A stretch of DNA of 64,000 nt from Schmidtea polychroa. Taxonomy: Eukaryota. Shown here in pieces: positions 48,901 to 60,900 of this stretch. Numbering within the stretch: position 1 is the stretch's first letter; each line of letters begins with the position of its first letter. The translations under genes and the position numbers were made by a program. Below the pieces are notes generated by a model. It ran no database searches and had not been told where the DNA came from. It was given only the letters and a program-made list of their open reading frames with translations. Location: contig CM097885.1 of NCBI GenBank assembly GCA_044892525.1, positions 166,470,001 to 166,534,000 on the forward strand, read 5' to 3'.

Positions 48901-51900
48901 TATTTTAGACGCCCATGTTCTAGGAGTACTGTTTTATTGGATTTTGAACATTAATAAGTCATCTTTTTGCTCTCCATTCCACTTGAATTCCATTGACAAT
49001 GTTAAATTTGTAATAAAAACATTAAAAATCAATAATACTTTTCAACAGAAATACAGGCTTTATTGTGTTTTATATATTTTTTATTTTATTGAAGGGAACT
49101 TTTATTCAAAATAAATTTCTTTAAAGATTAAAAAAAATTTTTGTAATGGTTTTTTGACATATTAAATAGAGACTAAAATTCTATTTTTAAAGCGCTCTTT
49201 ACTAGAGGTGCCCCGATGCCTTGCATCCACCGCTTCCAGCTATACAACGGTATACAACGGTATACCCAGTATACAACGGGTTTCGTGTAATAATGTCATC
49301 TATAATTGTAGTTAGTATACAGTGCGCGCTGTTTCACTTGGAGCTAACCAATATATCATTGTGCTGAAATTTCACAAAATTATCATATTACATAAAAACT
49401 GGAAAAGTAAGGGGAATATATTCAATAATTAGTGAAAAAATTGGTTTGTCCCAAGTGGAATGGAGACCAAAAAGATGACTTATTAATTTTTCAAATTTGC
49501 GTTTTAGAAAAAGATGAAACTATAAATTTCTGAATTTATTGCAATTCCAAGTTAAAATAATTTCAAATTTAAATTAATTTTTATCATTTTATTTCCTAGA
49601 TATTTACATTTTTACATCAGCTTGAGAATAATGATTGTCATATTATTTCCCAAAATTTCTTATATTTGTAAATTATAGACCGAACTAAATTTTTGACTAT
49701 TCCTAATAGCCATCCTAATTCCCATCATTTACGATCTTTTTTGCAAACCATCTTTGCAGACCAAACTAGAGTCCTCGAAATAAGATTCAAAATTTTCATC
49801 CACCAAATTTTTTTCAAATAATAATTATGATGTTTTGTCCTGAAATTTCAAGATAACGTACTTTGATGAAATGATGAAAGAAATTGAAAATTTATATGCA
49901 TTTATATTATGTTTTGTGTTTAATTCATTTTCTACCACTTTTTTATTTCTATTTTAATTCATGGATTGTGTTCCTATAATATAAGCTTATTGATTTTTTC
50001 ATATATTATGTGACTTTTATCCAGGCGTATAAATAATGTAGGAAAGTTGTTGTGACTGCNNNNNNNNNNNNNNNNNNNNNNNNNNNNNNNNNNNNNNNNN
50101 NNNNNNNNNNNNNNNNNNNNNNNNNNNNNNNNNNNNNNNNNNNNNNNNNNNNNNNNNNNNNNNNNNNNNNNNNNNNNNNNNNNNNNNNNNNNNNNNNNNN
50201 NNNNNNNNNNNNNNNNNNNNNNNNNNNNNNNNNNNNNNNNNNNNNNNNNNNNNNNNNNNNNNNNNNNNNNNNNNNNNNNNNNNNNNNNNNNNNNNNNNNN
50301 NNNNNNNNNNNNNNNNNNNNNNNNNNNNNGTCAATAAAACATTATTTATATTTAACATTGGATGTTTACACACGCACCAACAATGTGCCACTGGATATAA
50401 CTATTAATAATTTAATCGATATAATCTTACCTTTTTTCAAATTTGGAACCTGAGAATCATTAAAATTAAAAGTTTCACTGTTTTCAGACTTCCTCAACGA
50501 AAATCGAAGTTTTTTCGATAAAAAAGGTATTTTTGAATTTCCTAAAGATTTGTTAAGATTTTTTTGATTACTCATGGCATGAGTATGAGCCCAAAAACGT
50601 GAATATTGTTTTGTTACAGATAAAGTAGAATAGAAAAAGGAAAGTGAGGTTAAACTTGAGGCAAATAGAGAAAAGTATATCATTGAGAATACGAGAACAC
50701 ACCATTTGGATTCACCAATTCTGAAATTTAAAATACAAAATTATTTAACTATATAAAACCTTAATTCATCTCGCACAAATAATAATTGTTTAATAAGTCT
50801 CTAAATAATTAATATTTTAATTAAAATTATATAGGAATTAAGCAAAACTAAATTTAATCAAGCGTGTTGGAAATTATTATTTCCGATCTAGAATGTTAAA
50901 AAATAAAGCATGCGTTCTTTAACATGGCCTCCTTAATACTTCTGATGAATTTTTGGAACATTAAATATATAAAAGACTATATTCAATAAAGATCGATTAC
51001 TCGAAGTTACGAAAATTAGAATAAAATAATAAAATCAGTAAAATCATTCAATAAACGAGTAAAGAAAATAAATCCTGTACAATAAAAAGGGAGTGAATCA
51101 TCCAAGTGTGGAAAATAAATAATAAAAAGAGAAAATAACAAAAATAAGAAAGTAATTAGAACCAGAATATAGTAAAAACACGAATGCTAACAAATAAACG
51201 AGACAAATACACCACCATAAAACAAGCAGAAGAAAATAATTATGTAAAATAAAAATAAATAACAGGAGATTAAAAAAAATAAACAAGGAAATAAAATCTA
51301 ACATAAAAATTATAAATAAAAATGTGAAAAAAGTAAAAAACAGCGAATTACAAGCAGAACATCCAACAGAAATTAACAAAAATAAGAAAAAATATATAAA
51401 TCAAATGACTGAATAAATTAATAAAATAAAACAAATAAATAATCCAAGAAAAAACAGTTAAAAGTACCAAAAATTGAAAAAACATGGAAACACACACAAG
51501 CTAAATCCTGATTGGACGGAAAATTATATAAAAGGTAGACATTTGGATGATTCCCTTAACTTCTAAAAAATTCGTACAGGTAAAAAATTTTAAAATTATA
51601 TTGTAAACTTCTAAAAAATTCGTACAGGACGACTCGAGAACATTTTCAGAACTCATATTATGGAAAGCTATCAACAATTCGATAAATCTTTAGCAGGAAC
51701 TAATTTCAATCGATCTAAAAAATCTATTACTAAGAACCAATTTACGCAACTCCGAGAGAGCCACTGAGACTTTATTTGACAACAGATATAAAGAAGAAAA
51801 GTAAAAATTTGTATTTATTATCATTACAGTGGTCATAATTGTATATAATTTGTTATAACCTAATATTATATTAATCCAAGTGCTTGAAATTTTTCCCTTC

Positions 51901-54900
51901 ACGAATCCAGCGTCGATATCGCTTGGATGTCTGCGCGTGATCCCCGGGATGCCACGAAACGAAATTGATTATGCAAAGTGATTGAATGAAGAATCCAGAT
52001 GAGATTAACTGGTATCGCGAAAATCGCAACGAATGCTCGAGAATTCGATTTACCCAATGAAGGAAATGTAGTACTAAATGATATGTAGATGTGTTGAGTA
52101 TAATTGAGACTGAGGTGATCACATGTAGACAACAAGGGATATGGCCGCTGGGTAAGCTTTTTTATAACTTTGATAATTCGTATAGATTTATGTTAATATA
52201 TATTTGAACATTTTTATTGTTATGAGATGGGTTGACCCGTTTGTCACGGTCACCTGGGATAGTCGGTATTCGTACCGGTGGTCGTCAGGTATACCGTGAT
52301 AAGTGGCGAGACCAAGAGAGTTCGGACGAAAAAATAAGCGAAACTAAGGTCTGGTATCACCTTCGAGTGTTGGCAAACCGAGCGCATAAATCCATATAGA
52401 ATAGCGTGACAAACCGGATGTATCGAAATCAGAATACCTTCATGTCAGGATGCGTTAATAAGAATTTCCAAGTTCATACTCCATTTCAAAATTTCGATTA
52501 ATTGTTAACAAAATTCTCTGGCAATGATTTAGGACATTTCACGTCCTCCAGCCCACGATTTAACTCTCATTTCCTACATCATTTCTTGTCACATGCACCT
52601 ACATAGGTTTACTGATTCTTCTAATATTTGATCGTTCTATTGCACGAGAGCAAAGTTCGTCTAATTTCGACAAGTCTTAATCATAAATTCTACGATTGTT
52701 AAATTGCATACATATCGGAAAATTTCCCGACATTTCATCGTTTATCCTGTCATCTAAGAACCGTTCGCCCCGTTTGAATTTGTATATCATCCATCGTAAA
52801 TGAGTTGAACAGAGTTGAAGTCAATTTTCAGTAAACATCCTGCTAGTTGATAATATGCTCTCCGAAATTGTTTATTGTAAGTAACATCCGGTAATCACAA
52901 ATAGGCGAATTCACAGAATTTCTAATAGAACAGACCGGAACAGTGCATTGATATTAGACGATATATACAAATCTGCGGAAACCGTAGGTGAAACTTCCAA
53001 AAGTCTAACTCTTATTTATGATCAGCGACATAAAGATAAACAATCATTTAAAATGTTTACAATTTTCCTAGATTTTTCAAGTAATGAGGCATAATGTATC
53101 TTATCACATGGTTAATAAAAAGTATAAACCCGGTTGTAATATAATGAAAACGAGAGATGATTGAGATAAAATACATTCCTTCGGGTTGTCTGAATTAATT
53201 AACTAATATACTATAGGTTTTTCGATCCACCACACGCACCTGACGGGTTTGGCTTTTAGTTTTACACAATTTTATTGTCAAATTCACAATAGTAATTTTA
53301 TAATTTCTGACTAAAAATTATATTTCCAAAATTATTAATAACTCGTTCACTATGATTTGATCAAGTCCGGCCCATAGTAGACCCAATACCCATGATAAAT
53401 ATGAGTAATAAAGTAATAATAAAGTAATGAGTACCGTGAACGGGCTCGATAGTAACAAACATTGTTTCTCTCATTTTCAGTAATGTATTTATCCAATTCA
53501 GCCATGTCAGAACCAAACTTACCCCCGCGTGGACTGAAACCGTGTTTTTCATGTTCAGATAAAAATGCGGATATTAAAAAACTTCATAATCATATCGGGG
53601 TTCTTAAGAAACGAATCGAGCTCTTAGAGTATACGTGGTTCTCCCCGCCACAGATGAAAGAAGAAAAAATGAAAGTATTGCGATTGGAGCACTGTCGAGA
53701 AAGTCTCCTGGAGGAAAGCCGCTGCCAGCGGTTAACAATCAAGGCCCAATCGGAGGCCCTTCATCAAGTTTATACGGACGCAGAGCTTCATCGCCGAGTA
53801 AAGGAATACCCGATAAAGAACGGGGTGAATGTCTTTCCTATCCACCATTGTGCCGAGGAAATAAACGTACAAGTGTCGTCAAGTTGTATGGGGCATGGTC
53901 CGGAGTTGCCTCGAATAATCGAACCGGTATTAACTGGCGGGTCAAGTAATCTCCCCGCTTCTACCGTCGCTCGACCGGACTCACTTCCTGTCATTTCTTC
54001 AGGCTCTAAAGAAAATACCACCAATCCGCCAAAGAAACGAAAGCGGCCATCGAGAGCCGAACGTACATTAAAAAGGAGATAAGAAATGAAGGCATTAGAC
54101 GCTTCATTATTCGCCGCCCAACCCGCGACAAAACTCAACACTTTCCATGTGGTTTCTTCGTCAACACAAGTCAAACCGGAGTCAATAGTAAATCGACACT
54201 TCAAAAACTTTCTCTCCATTAATATACGAAGACCTACATCCTTCAATAGTTTCTTGGTCGCGTGTCCAATTTCTGATTTCTTAAAAGTTGAACTGTTTTG
54301 TAATTTGTGTACATAATAATAAAAGTTATTCTTAATTATTTCAACGATAAATTGCTCGAATATTTACTGGTGTTGATTGAGAATGTAGGTATGATTTGAC
54401 CATTGTTATGAAATTGTGAAATATGAATGCCGTCTAATTGGACCAGAGACGTAGATGATTTTTAAGGGGTAAAACCTTCTATCGGCACCCAGGAATCCGC
54501 ACTGTGAATATTGTGGAGAGTAGTCTTAACATCAAGGCTCACCTGTCCACAGGTTTCCCCTGCGTATACAGTTCCAACATGAACCATCTTAATGGGTATA
54601 CGTATGGGAGTCAATTCGTAAATCATAATGGGTGCTTAGGGAAATAATCTGAGCATACAAACATCTCCCATCCTAAGTACCCAGCACGATCTAGAATGTT
54701 AAAAAAATAAAGCATGCGTTCTTTAACATGGCCTCCTTAATACTTCTGATGAATTTTTGGAATATTAAATATATAAAAGACTATATTCAATTAAAGACTA
54801 TATTTCGTAGGTTTAAAGTGTTATAATGGCCCGAAAGATTAAGCACCCCTTTTCTATTGTATAACATTTGCTTCAATGAATAAAGGTCGGAACTGAACAG

Positions 54901-57871
54901 GTAATAATTACCTGTTAGAAATTTTCTGAAACATTACAAGCATATGTGAATATATTTCACTTTTTACCACACACTGAGAAATAAACTATTCTTTATAAAG
55001 TTTGTTTAATCGAACAGGTTGATAATCATCATGTTCTTAAGAAATAAAAAACTTTAACATCTAAAGAAACCTAATTGGATATAGATTCGATTATAGCAAT
55101 TGCAAAATAAATTAATATGGAAACATATCAAATCTTAAGTATCATGTTGTCGGTTACTAAGACATTTAAAAAATCTATTCTATAAAATAGAAAATTGGTC
55201 ATAGGGTTTGCTCTTCAAATCGAATATTTCAAATCAGTATAAAACCAGTGTAGATTTGTTCAAAATGAAAATAAAAGATATTATTTAATATTTTAATTAT
55301 TTTAATATTTTAATATTTTAATATTATTTAATATTTTATTTAATATTTTAATATTTAATACTATTTAATATTTTCTATAATATCGGTACACGGATAATAA
55401 TCTAAGGTCGCCATCGGTACATACCTGACTAAAAATATATGATTATATTTTGGTATTCTATTTTAGATTTCAATGCATTCGGTTCTATCCATACCCATCC
55501 AAATGAAAAATGAGCACATAATTTTGAGTTAATTGTGCATTGGTTTAATTTCCTTACAATTAATAAAAATTGTCTTGTAAACATAAATTCTTTATAAAAT
55601 CGATTTTTACATAATTACTGGAATATAGATATTTGTGAATCAAACCCGATTCCCAATACTGTATAAGTGAAAGAGATATCACTATATAACTTTGAATGAA
55701 CATTTTCACAAAATAAACATTATTTAGCAAATATTACAGTGAGTTATAATTAATTCTTCCAATAGTAATATAAAATAAATTAAACATAAATAGAAAGTTT
55801 ATAATTTCCATTTATTTATTTGTGGAAATTAGTCATTGTAAGCTTTAATTATATTCTAGGGATTTGATTAGTCACCATTATAATTGTTTCTCGAAATAAT
55901 AATATTAGATAATCTCCATTGTTTTGTATGGTGTGGCAATGAACACCAGTAATGGACTATTAAGCTATGATTAATTTACCTGGTGGTGACTAAAAATGAT
56001 TTGAAATACATTGAATAAAAAATATTATGTAATTAAATTTCTATAATACAGGGTTTTTCAATTGAAATCAGATTTCTTTCAAATGAATTCAGAATTTTTT
56101 CAAATGAAATCAGAATTTTTTCAAATGAAATCAGAATTTTTTCAAATGAAATCAGAATTTTTTCAAATGAAATCAGAATTTTTTCAATTGAAGTCAGAAT
56201 TTCTTTAATAGAAATCAGAACTGTTTTAAATTGAATTCAGAATTTTTATGGGTAATAAAATATTATATACACTTTAAATGAAATCATGATAGAGTAAAAA
56301 TTGGTAGTTAAAACTTTTATTCAGAATTCTTCTCTTCTTACCACCTTTATGCAAACCTTCTCGTGTCGTTGAAAAATCCGATACAATCCTCCGTGGTTAT
56401 CGAATTGTGTCCCATTTCAATAGCGTTTTTCAACTCGATTGCATTTAGAACGTTAGCCGATTTGACAATTGATTTCCATTTCGAGAAACACTCTTCAATC
56501 GGATTTAATTGCGGCGAATAAGGTGGTAAAAAGCGTAACGTAAATCCAGAATTGTACCTATCGATATTCCTTTCGATCGTAGATTTCCTATAAATTGGGA
56601 GACAAAATTTGTAAACTTCTCTGCATTGTATCCACCTTCTATAACTTCAAAATTCAAAATCTACATTTTGCTGATTGCTGCGCACACTGAATAGTTTTTA
56701 CTTCGTATACTTCTCACTTCTTTGTGAGCAGGCGACCCTACTTCGCTTCGTCCATATCCCAATCTCATCGAGCAATTGAAACCGCTTTCATCAAGGAAAA
56801 AGACATGGTCCTCGTTTAATGCCAAATATTCATTGGCATACTCATACCTGCGCTCAATAGCTTCCGCAGTGTTGCGGGCAGCGGGAATTAAGGCTACTCG
56901 TTTAAAAGAGAAATTAAAGTCTTTGATTGACCTATGAATTGTCGCCAACGATACGTTAACATTCATAGACTCACTCAAACTTCTTTTCATACCTCTCAAC
57001 GGAGTAGAACAATCATCGGAAATTTTTTCTTTTAGAAAAACTAAATGCTCTTCGCTCAATTTTTTGGACTTGCACCCTTTATCTTACATTTCATCAATCC
57101 TTCCTGTCGTCTTGTAAATGCTAATAATACTATAAACAGTTTTATAGTTCATAACGAGATCTGCAGCAATTTTTTTTACGCTTTGGCCGGAATCAAATTT
57201 GATACATATAAGTTTTCTCGCAGCATTGCTCAATTGTGATTTTTTTGTTGGAGGTGTCTTATGGTTCATTGATTTTGAAAAATATTAATATTTTATGGAT
57301 ATTATATATACATATTTGAATTTGATTTCGTTTAAAACAGTTCTGATTTCATTTGAAAAAAATTCTGATTTCATTTGAAAAAATTCTGATTTCATTTGAA
57401 AAAATTCTGATTTCATTTGAAAAAATTCTGAATTCATTTGAAAAAAATCTGATTTCAATTGAAAAACCCTGTATTATTGAATTTTATAAAATTTTAAGTA
57501 GGAAAATTTGAATTATTAATAATAATAATAATAATAAAACAAAAAAATGATAATTTAAGCCTTTTGCTGCAAATAATGTATTTAATGAAAAAATTTTCGA
57601 CTACAAGATAGCCCTTGTCAATCTCTTGGAATTTAGCAATGTTCTTCCCCAAAATACCTTTTAACCTTTCTTTTATTTCCTCTCTTAATTCTCATTGGTT
57701 GTAAATATAATGAATTTTTTTGTTAAAAACTTTTAAAATTTTTATTTTTAATTTATTATATTTTTTTTTTAAAAAATAATAAAATAAAAAAAATATAATA
57801 AATTAAAAATAAAAATTTTACTATCATTTTATTGTTTTAAATAATAAATGCTGCTATCAAGAAATCATCAT

Positions 57872-57929
<58 letters not shown>

Positions 57930-60900
57930 AGATTTATAGTCTTCAAGCTCTCTGTAGTAAGCCGTTACACGACATTAACAAAATCTATATAAATATTATA
58001 TACAAAGCCGGAACGTAGCCTAAATGGGCGATCATTAACGAATAATGATCAATTAGAACACAATTATGGCCAATGAAATATAACCTATAACAGCACATTA
58101 GTTGGAACATCGCAGTCTACTCTATCTCATTCCAAGAGTCAATCAAAATTCATGCAATCAACTAATACTTTTTATCAATCAGGCTCTATTAATTAATCTC
58201 AGACGAGTAAAGCAAATTCGATACCATGTTATTATTATCACGATCAACTGTATTCGGCTCCTAATAGTTTTAGTGTTAGGTCTCATAGACCAACACCTTC
58301 ATCCATTCCTCATTCACAATCACCACAATTTCATGTGGGAAATACAGTCAAATTTAATTCAGCAAAGTAATGCTGTTTCATAAGTAATTCAGCCAAGTAG
58401 TGTACAATCATACAGTGGAATTCATGAACATGTAAATTCCCAAAAATCTCACCAATTGAGCCAAGATGTTGAAATGGTTCCGTATTTTCAAAGATATTAC
58501 ATATGCTTATAATTCGCGAAATAATATAATGAACCCTAACAATAATGTGAACCCGAATAGATTTGTTATCCAACCAGTACATAAATCAAACATGGATCCA
58601 AGAAATAACGAACAAATAATTTGATTGGGATATCTGAATAAATTGGAAGCTTGATAATTAATTGTTACTTTTTATTATCAATTGTGAACTAATTACCTGT
58701 TAGAAATTTCCTAAGACATTACAAGCATATGTGAATATTTCACTTTTTACCACACACTGAAAAATAAACTATTCTTTATAAGTTTGTTTAATCGAACAGG
58801 TTGATAATCATCATGTTCTTAAGAAATAAAAACACTTTAGCATCTAAAGAAACCTAATTGGATATAGATTCGATTATAGCAATTGCAAAATCCTACTATA
58901 TAATTACGCTCATCACTGATTCACTGACTGATTCTATAACGCTCGCTGATTGGTTGATCCTAACAATATCATAAAAAAATTCTCTCTCTCACTAATACTA
59001 TCATAGAATTTTTACACGAATAACGAGTTTTGAAAAAGCGCTTTCTAAGTTTATTTTGCAAAATAAAAATTAATTCGATTTTTCTATGTAAGTATAAATT
59101 AAATTAATCGACGCAATCAAAAATAACTTGAATTTACTTTTAGGCATTCTTTACAACAATATTTATTACGAGCGTAATTATTTTATGATTGGCAACGGGC
59201 GCCTTAGGCGCCTTGCAATTAACTATAAACAAATAATAATAATAATAAACAAACAAATCCTAAATTAAGTAAATTAAAATAATAAAGTATGAGAAAATGA
59301 ATAATAAATTTATTTATTGTCCAGAAAATATTGCAATATAAATTTAATAACAATTTTGGAGTGAAACAGCATAAGTTAAGGAGTGCTAAATAATGTTAAT
59401 CTTGCATGATTTAATTGATTCAATTAAATTAAGAAATTAATCGAAAAATATTTTAGACATTTATGAAAAATATTATAAAGCAGTTTCTATTTTTTAAGAC
59501 GAAAGATCGCAAAACAGGAAATATTGCATAGCAATCAGCATTAGAAAACGCCAATTGAAATTTCAAATCAAAACTAAAAACGTTCATGAATCATGATTAC
59601 ACCAAGGTGCATAAATATGAAAAAAATTATTTAATTGTTAATGGATAAGAAAAATGCTCACTGAACTTGAGGCTCTCTGATTTGAACTGCACCGTCCGAC
59701 CTGCAGATAATTGATTGGCCAAGATTAGGAATAAACTGCATCATCCATCCGATACTTGATACGATCAAATAAATATGAATTATAAACAAATTCAGCAACA
59801 TAGGATGCCATTTATAAACAGAAAGTTGATATTGATGAAAACCGAAAGTAATCTAGAATTGATAGTTATTGTTTTGTTATTATATTGNNNNNNNNNNNNN
59901 NNNNNNNNNNNNNNNNNNNNNNNNNNNNNNNNNNNNNNNNNNNNNNNNNNNNNNNNNNNNNNNNNNNNNNNNNNNNNNNNNNNNNNNNNNNNNNNNNNNN
60001 NNNNNNNNNNNNNNNNNNNNNNNNNNNNNNNNNNNNNNNNNNNNNNNNNNNNNNNNNNNNNNNNNNNNNNNNNNNNNNNNNNNNNNNNNNNNNNNNNNNN
60101 NNNNNNNNNNNNNNNNNNNNNNNNNNNNNNNNNNNNNNNNNNNNNNNNNNNNNNNNNNNNNNNNNNNNNNNNNNNNNNNNNNNNNNNNNNNNNNNNNNNN
60201 NNNNNNNNNNNNNNNNNNNNNNNNNNNNNNNNNNNNNNNNNNNNNNNNNNNNNNNNNNNNNNNNNNNNNNNNNNNNNNNNNNNNNNNNNNNNNNNNNNNN
60301 NNNNNNNNNNNNNNNNNNNNNNNNNNNNNNNNNNNNNNNNNNNNNNNNNNNNNNNNNNNNNNNNNNNNNNNNNNNNNNNNNNNNTCAAATTGAGCAAAAA
60401 AAATGTGACCCCAACGTATCCAAATAATAATTTTGTTAGATTATATTCTTCATCGCTGAAAAATGGAGTCCTACATGGAAATGAGCAGCCCTCAATTCCT
60501 TCGATCCTAAATAGAGATTTTTGCATGAAAAATAATATATTTAGAATTCTAGAAATTATTTAACCAATTATATAGAACAACTAACCATAAACGTCGTTGG
60601 AGAGTATAAACAGTCGGTAATTGACATTGGTATAAATCATTTTTCAATTTATATGAAACAGTAGGACAATTCTGAGGATATTTATTGCAATCTAAAAATG
60701 ATGGTGTCTTTTCAACAACGGAATATGAATGTTGAAGCAACGTTGATAAAGAATTTGATTTGTTTGATTCTTCATTATTGTTATTCACAATTAAAATCGA
60801 ACATTCCTTTTTGGTAATTTCACAAATTTTACGAAATGGCTTATTTATCATCCACATGGAATTTCGTTTTTGGCATTCAGGATACTTTAGAGAGCAAAGT

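Noticed and set aside
52500-53030. Possible reverse-strand pseudogene inside the second element copy
   Set aside because: Several stops, no recognisable motif and no counterpart in copy 1.
55380-55520. Smo-like peptide VCTDGDLRL and a 10-nt micro-exon candidate at 55980-55989
   Set aside because: The real TM2/ECL1 exon is at 59852-59662 and joins 50720 in phase, so no extra exon is needed.
59775-60563. Long X-containing ORFs over N gaps (also 24996-25494 and 50017-50453)
   Set aside because: Artefacts of assembly gaps; only their flanking parts are informative (Smo exons, hAT end, Penelope RT).
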